The position numbers and the translations under genes are program-made. A stretch of DNA of 64,000 bases from the NCBI GenBank assembly GCA_028284865.1, contig JANQQV010000012.1:8886-72885 (forward strand), read 5' to 3'. This DNA comes from Rhodothermales bacterium. GTDB taxonomy: Bacteria; Bacteroidota; Rhodothermia; Rhodothermales; UBA10348. Positions 17,797 to 28,504 of this stretch are shown here, piece after piece. How positions within the stretch are numbered: the first letter of the stretch is position 1; the number at the start of each line of letters is the position of its first letter. The notes under the pieces were generated by a model that searched no databases, was not told the origin of the DNA, and saw only the letters and a list, made by a program, of their open reading frames with translations.

Positions 17797-19371
17797 ATGA
17801 AGCAGTTCCAACAAGGTATTCGTAGTACGGTCTGGACGTCCATTTTGGGCGCGCTCATCCTGGTGGCGGGACCAGTGGCAATTGATTCCAAAGCACAGGA
17901 CACCGCAGACCTCGATCTGAGTCCGTACGGCATCTTGAACAACAGCGTGGCGAACCTCCACGCATCCGGAAATACAGTGTGGGTGGGTCCATTCCTGAAC
18001 GTCTCCACCGACCGGGGAGCCTCCTGGTATTTACCTGTCACGGACTCCCTTTTCGGAACGTCGAATCGCTTGTTTTCGATCGATATCGAGGGTGATGTCA
18101 TTGTTGCCGGGCTGGGACGGGCAGATGCCTCCGGTGGGGAGAGTGTCCAGACCGCGGCCGGTTTCCTGATTTCCGAAGATGGAGGGAGCTCCTTTCAGTA
18201 TCGCTTTCCGCAGTTGGATGCACCGGATGAAGACACCCAGATTTACGGTGTTTCGGTGTTGCCTGCGCTCCCGGTGATCGTCCCTCAGCAGAGCCCCCCG
18301 TTCGATGTGGACATCGATCCCGCGACGGGCGACATCTGGGTGGCCGGTTGGGCGAGTGGCGTGCGGCGTTCTGCGGACCAGGGTCGCACCTGGAGTCGCG
18401 TGGTGCTTCCACCTGACGATCTGGATCAGATTCAGCCGGATCAACCCTATTCGTTCTCGCTCGAGCCTCGTCGAGGCGGAAATGGCTCCTTGAATCATAT
18501 GGGGTTCTCTGTTCTGGTCGACGAATCAGGGACCATCTGGGCCGGCACGGCAGGCGGGCTGAATCGCTCCACCGATGGGGGGCTGTCCTGGCAGAAATTC
18601 AAAGCAGACGGTACTTCTGCGTCATTGACGGGTGATTGGATCATCTCCATCGAAGAGCAACCGACGGGACAGCTGCCCATCGTGTGGATGGCCACCTGGA
18701 ATACAAGTGAATCCGGAGGAGGCACCGGACAATTCGGGGTCACGTTGACCCGCGACGGCGGCCAATCATTCGAACAGACTTTGCCCGGAGAGCGCGTGTA
18801 TGATTTCGCGTTCGATGGTCCGCGGGCCTTCGTTGCAGGTGACGGCGGATTGTTCTTTTCCGACGATTTCGGTCGCAGCTGGAATTCGATTTCGGATTTC
18901 CGCGATCGCTCTGATCCCACACGTCGCATCCGGGAGGACTCTGACGTGTTCTCGGTCGAGTCGGAAAACGGCATCCTGTGGGTGGGCACATCGGATGGCC
19001 TGCTGAAGTCGCTCGACGGTGGCGTGACCTGGACCCTGTACCGGGTGGACGTTCCGCTGAATCCCGATTCGCCGTCGGCAGCCGTACCCGCGGTTGACGC
19101 CTTTGCCTATCCCAACCCGTATTCACCGGGTGCAGACGGTTTCATCCGGATCAAATACGATGCTTCGAATAGGGGAGGAGCCACGATCCGCATTTTCGAC
19201 TACGGGATGAATCCGGTTCGGGAGATCCAACAGTCGGACGCCACTGGAGTCACGGAATCGCTTTGGGACGGCCGGGATGATCGCGGTGTGCAAGTCGCAA
19301 ATGGGACCTACTTCTACGAGGTCAAGGTCGGCAGCCAGCGCAGTCGCGGCAAAATTCTCGTGATCGAGTAG
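17797..19371 (+). CDS. secreted 7-Asp-box (BNR) beta-propeller protein with FlgD-Ig-like C-terminal sorting domain
   Basis: Seven SxDxGxxW/F boxes are present (STDRGASW, SEDGGSSF, SADQGRTW, STDGGLSW, TRDGGQSF, SDDFGRSW, SLDGGVTW). The C-terminus is YPNPYSPGADGFIRIKY...WDGRDDRGVQVANGTYFYEV...ILVIE. Confidence 0.75.
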   Translation: MKQFQQGIRSTVWTSILGALILVAGPVAIDSKAQDTADLDLSPYGILNNSVANLHASGNTVWVGPFLNVSTDRGASWYLPVTDSLFGTSNRLFSIDIEGDVIVAGLGRADASGGESVQTAAGFLISEDGGSSFQYRFPQLDAPDEDTQIYGVSVLPALPVIVPQQSPPFDVDIDPATGDIWVAGWASGVRRSADQGRTWSRVVLPPDDLDQIQPDQPYSFSLEPRRGGNGSLNHMGFSVLVDESGTIWAGTAGGLNRSTDGGLSWQKFKADGTSASLTGDWIISIEEQPTGQLPIVWMATWNTSESGGGTGQFGVTLTRDGGQSFEQTLPGERVYDFAFDGPRAFVAGDGGLFFSDDFGRSWNSISDFRDRSDPTRRIREDSDVFSVESENGILWVGTSDGLLKSLDGGVTWTLYRVDVPLNPDSPSAAVPAVDAFAYPNPYSPGADGFIRIKYDASNRGGATIRIFDYGMNPVREIQQSDATGVTESLWDGRDDRGVQVANGTYFYEVKVGSQRSRGKILVIE

Positions 19372-19383
19372 GGGAGGAAGAAG

Positions 19384-20460
19384 ATGAATCAGACAATCAT
19401 GAGAATGCGATCCAATCGTCCGACAAAAGCTGCCACGCTGTGGTGCTTTGCCCTTTTTGCCATGCTGATAGCCGGGGGCGTGTTCGTTGTACCCGTCCAG
19501 GCTCAACAGGCTGGTGCGTTCGCGCGCATGGGTTTCGGCGCTAGAGGAATCGCCATGGGGAACGCACAGGCTGGTGATCTTTCAGGTGCTGCCAGTCCGT
19601 ACTACAACCCGGCGCTTTCACCCTTGGTGGAGGGTCAGACCATTGCCGCTTCTGTGTCGTCGCTCAGCTTTGATCGGAATCTCCAATTCTTGCAACTCGG
19701 TGCGCCGCTTCAAGGCCGAGCCGGTTTTGCTGTCGGATTGGTGCATGCATCCGTTTCCAATATCGACGGACGGGACAACAGCGGATTTCATACCGGGACG
19801 TTTTCGGTTGACGAATATGCCGGTTTCCTCTCGTTTGGTCTGAGGTTTTCCGAGCGATTCAGCGGCGGAATCAATCTCCAGATCTTCCAGAGCGACCTTT
19901 TTGAGGGGCTGTCTGCTGCCCGCACGATCGGACTCGATCTGGGTTTTGCCCTCAAGCTTCGCGAAAACCTGGCCGTCGGCCTCGTAGCGGATGATCTCCT
20001 GGCCCGATATACGTGGGATGGTTCAAGCGTCGGCGGAAGCGGGGCTGAGGTCACAGACGCGTTTCCAAGACGATTGCGGCTTGGGTTGACGCATTCCCGT
20101 TGGAGTGATCGTGTTATGCTGGCTGCTGAGATTGAGTCCCGAACAACGTCAGCGACTCATGTCACCTTCGAACCCCGCATCCTGGGCGATGGCCCGGCGC
20201 GGACCAGAAACGAAGAAACCCTGACATTTCAAGAGTTCAGAACGCGTATTGGGTCTGAGTTCGTGCTTATGGACGGTTTCCACCTGCGAGCTGGTATCGA
20301 GCAACTGGGTGACGAAGTTCTCGGCACGATCCGCCCGTCTGCCGGATTCGGCGCGGAGCAACCGGTCGGCGAAATGCGTATTCAGATCGATTACGCGTTC
20401 GGGATGGAAGCCCAGGCCGGAGGCCGCATGCATTTCATGACGTTGCGCGTGATGCTCTAG
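19384..20460 (+). CDS. PorV/PorQ-family-like outer-membrane beta-barrel (A1)
   Basis: It has a signal peptide ending VQAQQ. The N-terminal motif is FARMGFGARGIAMGNAQAG...YYNPA. A GGAGGA-like RBS precedes the ATG. Confidence 0.65.
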   Translation: MNQTIMRMRSNRPTKAATLWCFALFAMLIAGGVFVVPVQAQQAGAFARMGFGARGIAMGNAQAGDLSGAASPYYNPALSPLVEGQTIAASVSSLSFDRNLQFLQLGAPLQGRAGFAVGLVHASVSNIDGRDNSGFHTGTFSVDEYAGFLSFGLRFSERFSGGINLQIFQSDLFEGLSAARTIGLDLGFALKLRENLAVGLVADDLLARYTWDGSSVGGSGAEVTDAFPRRLRLGLTHSRWSDRVMLAAEIESRTTSATHVTFEPRILGDGPARTRNEETLTFQEFRTRIGSEFVLMDGFHLRAGIEQLGDEVLGTIRPSAGFGAEQPVGEMRIQIDYAFGMEAQAGGRMHFMTLRVML

Positions 20461-20498
20461 GTCACCGGTATCTCGTATCACCCTAATCGGGTTTCAAC

Positions 20499-21428
20499 AT
20501 GATCGTTCGCTACTTACTGGCTTTGATCGTAGTCGGCCTTCTGGTTTCCACGGCCACGTCTACAGCCGCGGCACAGGACACTGGACTGTCATTCCTGACA
20601 CTGGGCGTCGATGCTGAAGCCCTCTCCCGCGGTGATGCAGGCGTTGCTGGTGCTGACGGGGCCTTTTCGACCTACTGGAATCCGGCCGGTCTGGCGCACG
20701 GGCACACCGAAGTAGGCGTTTCGCATCATGTCTGGATCGGCGATGTGCGTACATATGCGCTTAATGGCGCTTTCGCCCTCGGCGAGAAATCCGGTGTAGG
20801 TGTGTCGGTGGTCGCCACCGGGGCAGGGGATCTCGAGGCCCGTCAACAACCGGGCGAATCGGACGGCATGTTCGAGGCGCAGTTCGTGAGCGCAGGAGCT
20901 TCGTTTGGCCGTCAAGTCGGTCCAATCCGGGCAGGAGCCTCAGTCAAATTCCTTTCCGAGCGGATTTTCACCAATTCGGCCAACGGCTACGGATTTGACC
21001 TGGGTATCCAGGCTGATCTCTTCAAGAACTCCGTTCACTTTGGTGCCGTGTTGGCCAATCTTGGCAAGATGCAGGAGCTGAACGTTGAGGCCACTGAACT
21101 GCCGCGGATGTTCAGGGCAGGCGTCGAGGCGTTTCCATTTCGCGCAGTGACTGCGTTGGACGGTGCGGCCTTTCTGTCAACGTCCATTCAGGCCGAGGTC
21201 TCCCACAATTTCGTGACCGAGCAGACCAAGTGGCATCTCGGGTTGGCTGCGGAAGTCCTGGAGACGGTTACCGCTCGTCTGGGGTATCTGTCCAATGACT
21301 TCCTTCGGGACGTGTCAGCCGGCGTTGGTATCGAGCTGTCCGAACTCTGGTTTGATTACGCCGTCCTTCCGTTCGAGGATGGGTTTGGTGGACCAGCTCA
21401 CATCGTCAGTCTGCGATACCAGTTCTGA
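20499..21428 (+). CDS. PorV/PorQ-family-like outer-membrane beta-barrel (A2)
   Basis: It has a signal peptide ending AAAQD. The motif is LSFLTLGVDAEALSRGDAGVAGADGAFSTYWNPAGLA, and the C-terminal LRYQF ends in Phe. Confidence 0.7.
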   Translation: MIVRYLLALIVVGLLVSTATSTAAAQDTGLSFLTLGVDAEALSRGDAGVAGADGAFSTYWNPAGLAHGHTEVGVSHHVWIGDVRTYALNGAFALGEKSGVGVSVVATGAGDLEARQQPGESDGMFEAQFVSAGASFGRQVGPIRAGASVKFLSERIFTNSANGYGFDLGIQADLFKNSVHFGAVLANLGKMQELNVEATELPRMFRAGVEAFPFRAVTALDGAAFLSTSIQAEVSHNFVTEQTKWHLGLAAEVLETVTARLGYLSNDFLRDVSAGVGIELSELWFDYAVLPFEDGFGGPAHIVSLRYQF

Positions 21429-21449
21429 CGAGGTAATCCGACGGCGAGG

Positions 21450-22241
21450 TCAACCGCCGAGATTCCGGAAGAGTTCGATCAGGTCGGCAAAGCCGCTGCC
21501 CGAGACGCCGCTGCGTGCCCTCAATGAGCACCAGGTGTCCAAGATCATCATTTGTGCAGCGTGAATCGGCACGGCAATCCAGAAGCTTCGCGTGCGCCAA
21601 ACGAGTGCACCCAACGCGACACCTCCTACGATGGACAGCATCGCCTCCGGAATGGGTTTGTCGTAGTGAAGGATGGCAAAGGGGACCGTCTGCACGAAGA
21701 TGGCCATCACGCCGAACGAGCGAGCCGTTCCGAAAAGCACGAATCCCCGCCACAAATATTCCCAACCGACCCAGTAGAGCAGGAAGAAGGACTCGTAGAT
21801 GAAGAAAATGCCCCAGTCCCTCGCCGCCGGGCTGTAATGGGGGTATTTATTCAGGAAGGCCGGGGTGCTGGAGAGGAACCACGTTCCAATGGCGACCAAT
21901 GGGAGATAGAGCAACGCAATCTTGGAGGCCAGTTTCCAGTCGCCGAGGCCAAGACCCATTTCTGACCAGGAATTCCTGAATCCGAATCGCAGGATGAGGA
22001 CCGGGATGAGGAAGCCGAGCACACCCTGGAAACCGAACCACCAGACCCAGGCGTGCAGCCCGGAAACGGTGTCTGTTAAGATGGGCGCGACTTCACGGCG
22101 AAAGAACCCACGATCCCCGTAGTTCATCTGGATGATGACGGAGAATGCCGCGTACAGCAACACGACAGCAGTCTGTTTGTCTACGCGACGCCAATCACCA
22201 CGGGCGCGTTCCAGCTCGTCTTTGAGGTCGATGCCCAGCAT
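21450..22241 (-). CDS. CPBP-family intramembrane glutamic endopeptidase (CAAX/Abi-like)
   Basis: It is polytopic. WEYLWRGF (EExxxR-type motif) and PFAILH (His motif) match the CPBP family. Confidence 0.7.
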   Translation of the reverse strand: MLGIDLKDELERARGDWRRVDKQTAVVLLYAAFSVIIQMNYGDRGFFRREVAPILTDTVSGLHAWVWWFGFQGVLGFLIPVLILRFGFRNSWSEMGLGLGDWKLASKIALLYLPLVAIGTWFLSSTPAFLNKYPHYSPAARDWGIFFIYESFFLLYWVGWEYLWRGFVLFGTARSFGVMAIFVQTVPFAILHYDKPIPEAMLSIVGGVALGALVWRTRSFWIAVPIHAAQMMILDTWCSLRARSGVSGSGFADLIELFRNLGG

Positions 22242-22249
22242 GACCGATG

Positions 22250-23209
22250 TCAGACGTGACGCTCGGCGTGGTAGGATGAGCGAACCAGCGGGCCACTCTC
22301 TACGTGCTCGATTCCTTTGGCTTCACCGACCTCCTTGTACCAAGCGAACTTGTCCGGGTGCACAAATTCCTCGACGGGAAGGTGCATCCGCGTAGGTTGG
22401 AGATACTGTCCAATGGTCATCACATTGAGGCCGATGTCCACGAAGTCGTCCATGAGGGCCAGCACTTCTTCGTCAGTTTCACCGAGTCCGACCATGATAC
22501 CGCTCTTTGTGCGCAGTCCTTGTTCTTTCGAAATGCGAAGGACATCCAGCGAGCGCTGATACACCGCCTGCGGACGAACGCGCTTGTACAGCCGCGGGAC
22601 CGTTTCCATGTTGTGATTCATGACCTCCGGACGGGAGTCAATCACAATCTGTAGGGCGTCCCAGAGCCCGCGGAAGTCAGGAATGAGCACTTCTACAGTG
22701 ATTCCGTCAATCTCTTCACGCAGCCGCTCGATGGTCTTTGCGAAAATCGGTGCACCACCGTCTTTGCGCTCGTCCCGGTTCACACTGGTGATGACGGCGT
22801 GCTTCACACCCATCGTCTTGGCTGCGTTGGCCACACGATTCGGTTCGTCCCAATCCAGACCTGGATCCGGGCGACCGGTCTTGACGGCGCAGAACCCACA
22901 TGATCGCGTACAGACGTTCCCCAGAATCATGAAGGTGGCTGTACCGGCGGTCCAGCATTCGCCCATGTTTGGGCATCGTGCACTCTGACAAACCGTGTGG
23001 AGGCCATTGCTCTCAATGGTGTCCACGAGCTTCTTGTACGTCTCACCGTACGGCAGCTTCACGCGCAGCCAGTCCGGGCGTTGCCCGCGTACGTTCTCGA
23101 CAGCCGGTGCTTCAACAACGGGTAGCTCCAGCATGCCATCCAGTTCACTGGCCGGTGCGGCCTTGAGCTGGATATCGCCAGGGAGGAGGGGTTTCCGTTT
23201 CGCTTCCAT
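22250..23209 (-). CDS. lipA: lipoyl synthase LipA
   Basis: ORF trimmed to the ATG at 23209. [13 protein letters not shown] and the radical-SAM motif CTRSCGFC are present. Confidence 0.9.
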   Translation of the reverse strand: MEAKRKPLLPGDIQLKAAPASELDGMLELPVVEAPAVENVRGQRPDWLRVKLPYGETYKKLVDTIESNGLHTVCQSARCPNMGECWTAGTATFMILGNVCTRSCGFCAVKTGRPDPGLDWDEPNRVANAAKTMGVKHAVITSVNRDERKDGGAPIFAKTIERLREEIDGITVEVLIPDFRGLWDALQIVIDSRPEVMNHNMETVPRLYKRVRPQAVYQRSLDVLRISKEQGLRTKSGIMVGLGETDEEVLALMDDFVDIGLNVMTIGQYLQPTRMHLPVEEFVHPDKFAWYKEVGEAKGIEHVESGPLVRSSYHAERHV

Positions 23210-23413
23210 CAACACGTGTTTTGGGATGAGGTGGGCGAACCGACCCAATCCTTGAATGATCCCCGAATTGCTCACAGTGGGAATGAAGTTTCGGTCGAAA
23301 GCACTATCTTGCCGTGCTGCCCATTTTAGCTCATTCTGCGGCGTACGCGTCGATTTGGAGCCACACGGGCCGCCGACTCTTGAAGCAATCACATTTCAAA
23401 ATCGGTACGGAGT

Positions 23414-24805
23414 ATGACCAATCGTAGGCAGATCTCGCCGGATCAGGTAGAAGGTATTTTCATGGAGCACACCAACGCGGAGGGCATGATGCCCATGGTG
23501 TTGGATACACAGGCCAGTGGAGGTGTTGATCTGATCGACGAGCAATCCAATCGCGCCTACATGGACTTCTTCGGATTCTACGCCTCCAACGCGGTGGGCA
23601 TGAATCACCCGAAGATGGTCGAAGATGAGGACTTCAAGGCACGTCTTCTCGACTCTGCCTTGAACAAGGTCACGAACTCGGACGTCCGGACGATCCACAT
23701 GGCTCGCTTCCTGGACACGTTCGGTCGTGTGGCCAAGCCGGATTACCTGCCCTATGCCTTCTTCATTTCAGGCGGGGCACTGGCTGTAGAGAACGCGCTC
23801 AAAGCCGCTTTTGACTGGAAAGTGCGTAAGAACTTCCAGAAGGGTTATCGTCGCGAGGTTGGAACGAAGGCCCTTCACTACGACCAGGCCTTCCATGGTC
23901 GCAGTGGCTATACGATGACAATGACCAACACGGCCGATCCGCGGAAGACCATGCACTTCCCGAAGTTCGATTGGCCGCGCGTCTCGAACCCGATGATTCA
24001 CTTTCCGATGGAGCATCACATGGATGATCTCCTGAAGCGGGAAGAGGTATCGCTGAATCAGATCAAGCATTCCTTCCATGCCATGAAGGACGAGATTGCT
24101 TGTGTCATCATTGAGCCGATTCAGGGCGAAGGTGGAGACAATCACTTCCGCAAGGAATACCTGCAGGCCGTCAAGGATCTGTGTCTCGAGAATGACGCGC
24201 TGCTGATCTTCGACGAAGTGCAGACCGGCGTTGGTATGACCGGCGAATTCTGGGCCCACCAGGCCATCGGGGTCGAACCAGACATCATTTCCTTCGGCAA
24301 GAAAACGCAGGTGTGCGGCATCCTTGCAGGCCGTCGCCTCGACGAAGTGGAAGGGCACGTTTTCAAGATGGGTAGCCGTATCAACTCGACCTGGGGCGGT
24401 AACCTGACTGACATGGTTCGCTTCGATCGCATCCTTGAGATCATCGAGGAAGACAACCTGATCGAGAATGCGCGTGTCATGGGCGACCACTTGCTGGCGC
24501 TTCTCGATGCGATGACTGAGGAGACGGAATCGGTATCCAACGTGCGCGGACGAGGCCTTTTCTGCGCCATGGATATGCCTACGGCGGAATTCCGGGATCG
24601 TGTCCTGCAGCGTTGCTATGACGAGGGCATCATCATCCTGGGCTGTGGCCACAAGTCGATTCGTTTCCGTTCGCCGCTGACCATCACGCGCGAGGAAATC
24701 GACAAAGGCATCGGCATCATCCGGGAGATCATCCTCCAGATCGAGGCTGAGTACAAGCCCTATCGCAAGCGTGCCGGTCTGACGGACGCGCTGATGGATG
24801 GCTGA
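23414..24805 (+). CDS. lat: L-lysine 6-transaminase (lysine epsilon-aminotransferase)
   Basis: It is collinear with mycobacterial LAT from memory (GGALAVENALKAAFDWK, AFHGRSGYT, FPKFDWPR, EPIQGEGGD, LIFDEVQTG, FGKKTQVCG, NSTWGGNLTDMVR). Confidence 0.9.
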   Translation: MTNRRQISPDQVEGIFMEHTNAEGMMPMVLDTQASGGVDLIDEQSNRAYMDFFGFYASNAVGMNHPKMVEDEDFKARLLDSALNKVTNSDVRTIHMARFLDTFGRVAKPDYLPYAFFISGGALAVENALKAAFDWKVRKNFQKGYRREVGTKALHYDQAFHGRSGYTMTMTNTADPRKTMHFPKFDWPRVSNPMIHFPMEHHMDDLLKREEVSLNQIKHSFHAMKDEIACVIIEPIQGEGGDNHFRKEYLQAVKDLCLENDALLIFDEVQTGVGMTGEFWAHQAIGVEPDIISFGKKTQVCGILAGRRLDEVEGHVFKMGSRINSTWGGNLTDMVRFDRILEIIEEDNLIENARVMGDHLLALLDAMTEETESVSNVRGRGLFCAMDMPTAEFRDRVLQRCYDEGIIILGCGHKSIRFRSPLTITREEIDKGIGIIREIILQIEAEYKPYRKRAGLTDALMDG

Positions 24806-24836
24806 TTCGGACGGAATCAGTATCGACAAAAAACAA

Positions 24837-24873
24837 AGCGGGGCGGCGATCGAAGATCGCCGCCCCGCTTTTC
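24837..24873. terminator. bidirectional rho-independent terminator
   Basis: AGCGGGGCGGCGATC-gaa-GATCGCCGCCCCGCT is a 15-bp stem flanked by an A-rich 5' side and TTTT 3'. It lies between convergent genes. Confidence 0.85.
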
Positions 24874-24950
24874 GTTCGGGACATTCCGAATGTCAGGATT
24901 TTGCCGGTGGGTCAGGCTTGAGGGCCCGATCAATCAGCACAACCGAACAA

Positions 24951-25712
24951 TCACTCGGGCATGGCACGCTTCTGCGCGCCGGACTTCGTGGCCAACTGAG
25001 CTGGCGTGATCCCGGTGTTCAGTTCGACGTTCTTGATCGTCACTGTCTGGGATCCCTGAGCCGTTTCAGCCATCTGACCCATGGAGAACATCAAGCCGTT
25101 GACATCCTGATATTCGCCCATGGTTGTCGTCGTGCCAGCGGCCTTCTGAGCAAGGATCATCAGGGTCTCTTTGTCGACGTACAGTTCTGCTTCGATACCG
25201 AACTGCGTGGCGCCTACCACATAGACATCGCGCTCATTGAAGGTCGTGCTCTCTTTGAGCGTCAGTGCATTGTCTCCGCTCAAGAGGGCGAGCTCAGACT
25301 TGGGAGAGGTACGCATGAACTGCTGCCGCGCCTGCTCAGGCAAGCTTTCGAGATCCTGGCGCTGACCGCCCTGCTCGAGCCAGCCTTCCAGCGGCGTGTA
25401 GTATGCCTTCATGGCAACCGCTTCTGCCGGAATACCGTCAGGGCCGTCGACAAGACTCATCTCAGTGAACCCGTAGCCGGGGAAGATCGACCACGTTTCC
25501 ATCTTTAGCGTGATGTCGCCCATCGGAGTGGCAGCAACCACTTCGATTTCGGCATACATGTCTTCGACAGCGTTCCAGGCAGCTTCGCCACCCGTTGCTT
25601 CGACGTGTGCTTTGATCACGTCTTCAGCGGTGGCCAGGTCCTGGGCGGACGCGTTCATGGTGGCGGATGCCATCAGAAGGGCGACCGCAAAAAGGGAAAT
25701 TCTTTTCAGCAT
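24951..25712 (-). CDS. secreted hypothetical protein
   Basis: ORF trimmed to the ATG at 25712. It has a signal peptide (MLKRISLFAVALLMASATMNASAQ). I could not recognise a family with confidence. Confidence 0.55.
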   Translation of the reverse strand: MLKRISLFAVALLMASATMNASAQDLATAEDVIKAHVEATGGEAAWNAVEDMYAEIEVVAATPMGDITLKMETWSIFPGYGFTEMSLVDGPDGIPAEAVAMKAYYTPLEGWLEQGGQRQDLESLPEQARQQFMRTSPKSELALLSGDNALTLKESTTFNERDVYVVGATQFGIEAELYVDKETLMILAQKAAGTTTTMGEYQDVNGLMFSMGQMAETAQGSQTVTIKNVELNTGITPAQLATKSGAQKRAMPE

Positions 25713-25858
25713 GGGAGGTTTGTTGTGTGCTTCCGAATAGTGTCGAGAGGGAATACGGAGAAACGCGTTCAAGGGTGCATTGAATTCCGCACGCGCGCAC
25801 GAAATGCACGTGCACCGTCGACGTTCGCCCTGAACGGGTGGATCAATGCATGGATCCG

Positions 25859-28504
25859 CTATTCAGCAGATTCTCCCGTGTCGGTATCTGACGCAGTGTC
25901 CTGACCGCCTTCGCCAGCGGTGTCCGAATCAGCAGTCGTGGCATCATCAGAGGCGCCTTCGACAGCTTCTTCATCGTCGACCATCACCTTGGTGACATCG
26001 GCAATGGAGTCGCCATCGCGCAGTTTGATGACCCGGACGCCCTGGGTGTTGCGACCCAGTCGGGAGATGCTTCCAATGTCCATCCGGATCATGATGCCCT
26101 GGACGGTCGAAATCATCAGGTCATTCTTTTCCAGAACGCCCTTGATAGCGACGATGGGGCCTGTTTTCGACGTGGTCTTCTGGGCAATGATACCTTTTCC
26201 GCCGCGTGACTGAAGGCGATACTCATCGAGCGCCGTTCGCTTTCCGTAGCCACGGGCGCTGATGGTCAGGATATCCCGAGCCTCATCGTCAACGACAATC
26301 ATGCCGATGACTTCGGCATCTCCGGCCAACCTGATGCCACGCACTCCGCGGGTGTTTCGACCCATGGGGCGAGCGTCGGACTCGTTGAAGCGGATACAAA
26401 CGCCGGACGAAGACGCAATGATCACGTTGGCGCTACCGTCCGTGAGGTGTGCTTCGATCAGCTCATCATCATCATCAATGGAGATGGCAATGATGCCGTC
26501 GACACGCGGACGAGAGAACGCTTCCAGCTGTGTCTTCTTGATCTGACCGCTCTTGGTGGCCATCAGGACGAAGTGGGAGTTGAGGAAGTCCTCATTCCTG
26601 AAATTGTCCTTTGAGACCGGCAGGACCGCTCTTACGCGGTCCTCAGGGCCAATCTGGATGCAATTACGGATCGAGCGTCCTTTCGAAGTACGCGTGCCTT
26701 CCGGGATTTCGTAGATCCGGAGCCAGTAGCATCGGCCCTGATCGGTGAAAAACAGGAGGTAATCGTGGTTGTACCCCACGAAAAGATGCTCGACGAAGTC
26801 TTCGTCGCGCATCGACGTACCTCTCTTGCCAACGCCACCACGACCCTGAGCCGCGTATTCGGTAGCGGAGGTTCGCTTGATCAATCCCTGATGGGAGATC
26901 GACACCACGACCTGCTCATCGTCAATCAGGTCCTCGATGAAGATGTCGCCGCCGCCCGTGTAATCAATCTCGGTGCGACGCTCATCGCCATACTTGTCCC
27001 GCATCTCGACCAGTTCGGTCTTGATGATGTCCATTCGCAGGCCTTCGTTGGCCAGGATCTCGTTCAACCGCTCGATTTCCTGCATGATGGCCTTGAACTC
27101 GTCCTCGATCTTCTGACGCTCGAGACCGGTCAGGCGATTGAGGCGCAGGTCCAGGATGGCCTTGGCCTGGATTTCGCTGAGGCTGAACATGGACTCGCCA
27201 TGCGTAGGGAGGCCAAGCTTGACCAGCTGATCGGTCGTCAGCTTGGACGGGAAAACACCTGCCATCAGGTTTTCCCGGGCCTCATCCGTGTCCTTGGAGT
27301 GGCGGATGATGGAAATGACCGCATCCAGATGGTCGAGGGCGATCGTGAGGCCTTCCAATACGTGAGCGCGCTCTTGCGCTTTACGCAGCTCAAAACGCGT
27401 TCGGCGCTGAACCACTTCATGGCGATGCTCCACGTAGTAGTGGATCATCTCTTTCAGGTTCAATGTCCTGGGCCGTCCATTGACCAGCGCCACAACATTC
27501 ATCCCGAAGGTCTGCTGGAACTGCGTGTACTTGTAGAGCTGATTCTGGACAACCATCGGCACTGCATCGCGCTTGAGCTCGATGACAATGCGCATCCCAT
27601 CGCGATCGGATTCGTCGCGCAGGTCGGAAATCCCTTCGATTTTCTTGTCGCGAGCCAGAACCGCGATTTTCTCTAGCAGGGAGCTCTTGTTGACCTGGTA
27701 CGGAATTTCCGTGGCAATCAGGGCATAGCGGCCCGGACGAATTTCCTCTTCGTGGATGCGCGCACGCATGACCACGCGACCGCGTCCCGTGTGATAGGCT
27801 TGCCGAACTTCGGTATGTCCGTAGATGATGCCGCCGGTTGGGAAATCTGGAGCAGGCATGAGCTGAACCAGCTCGTCGATGCCGATGTCCCGGTTTTCGA
27901 TATAGGCGACCGTGGCATTGATCACCTCCGTCAAGTTGTGCGGAGGAATCTTTGTAGCCATTCCAACGGCAATACCATCTGACCCGTTTACCAGCAGGTT
28001 CGGGATGGCAGCCGGAAGCACTTCGGGCTCTTGCAGAGAGCCGTCGAAGTTGTCCTGGAAATCGACCGTCTCTTTGCCGAGGTCCTTCAGCATCTCCTCA
28101 GCCAGCCGGGTCATGCGAGCCTCGGTGTATCGCATGGCGGCAGCGCCGTCCCCGTCGACGGATCCGAAGTTGCCTTGCCCGTCGACCAGCAGGTACCTCA
28201 AAGAGAAGTCCTGGGCCATACGGACCATGGTGTCATAGATGGCCGAATCACCGTGAGGGTGATACTTACCAAGGACCTCACCAACCACACGCGCACTTTT
28301 CTTGTACGACGAGCCAGCACCCATGCCCTGCTCGTTCATCCCGTACAGGATGCGCCGGTGTACTGGCTTCAGTCCGTCCCTGACATCGGGAAGTGCACGA
28401 CTCACGATCACTGACATCGAGTAATCGATGTAGGAGGATTTCATCTCCTCCTCGATGTTGATCGGAATGATGCGAGGGAGGTTCGTTCCGTTTTGTTCGT
28501 CCAT
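25859..28504 (-). CDS. gyrA: DNA gyrase subunit A
   Basis: [13 protein letters not shown] and the active-site [10 protein letters not shown] are present, followed by C-terminal beta-pinwheel repeats. It ends in an acidic tail ([39 protein letters not shown]). Confidence 0.95.
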   Translation of the reverse strand: MDEQNGTNLPRIIPINIEEEMKSSYIDYSMSVIVSRALPDVRDGLKPVHRRILYGMNEQGMGAGSSYKKSARVVGEVLGKYHPHGDSAIYDTMVRMAQDFSLRYLLVDGQGNFGSVDGDGAAAMRYTEARMTRLAEEMLKDLGKETVDFQDNFDGSLQEPEVLPAAIPNLLVNGSDGIAVGMATKIPPHNLTEVINATVAYIENRDIGIDELVQLMPAPDFPTGGIIYGHTEVRQAYHTGRGRVVMRARIHEEEIRPGRYALIATEIPYQVNKSSLLEKIAVLARDKKIEGISDLRDESDRDGMRIVIELKRDAVPMVVQNQLYKYTQFQQTFGMNVVALVNGRPRTLNLKEMIHYYVEHRHEVVQRRTRFELRKAQERAHVLEGLTIALDHLDAVISIIRHSKDTDEARENLMAGVFPSKLTTDQLVKLGLPTHGESMFSLSEIQAKAILDLRLNRLTGLERQKIEDEFKAIMQEIERLNEILANEGLRMDIIKTELVEMRDKYGDERRTEIDYTGGGDIFIEDLIDDEQVVVSISHQGLIKRTSATEYAAQGRGGVGKRGTSMRDEDFVEHLFVGYNHDYLLFFTDQGRCYWLRIYEIPEGTRTSKGRSIRNCIQIGPEDRVRAVLPVSKDNFRNEDFLNSHFVLMATKSGQIKKTQLEAFSRPRVDGIIAISIDDDDELIEAHLTDGSANVIIASSSGVCIRFNESDARPMGRNTRGVRGIRLAGDAEVIGMIVVDDEARDILTISARGYGKRTALDEYRLQSRGGKGIIAQKTTSKTGPIVAIKGVLEKNDLMISTVQGIMIRMDIGSISRLGRNTQGVRVIKLRDGDSIADVTKVMVDDEEAVEGASDDATTADSDTAGEGGQDTASDTDTGESAE

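Noticed and set aside
23210-23413. Possible lysine riboswitch upstream of lat
   Set aside because: I could not find the conserved L-box core elements or a terminator/antiterminator pair. The 204-nt region is also shared with the divergent lipA promoter. A cmscan would settle the question.
23768-24829. 353-aa ORF on the - strand
   Set aside because: It is antisense to lat, which aligns end to end with known lysine 6-transaminases. It has no motifs and runs through the bidirectional terminator.
26765-27676. 303-aa ORF on the + strand, plus other 60-130-aa ORFs within 25920-28414
   Set aside because: All of them are antisense to gyrA.
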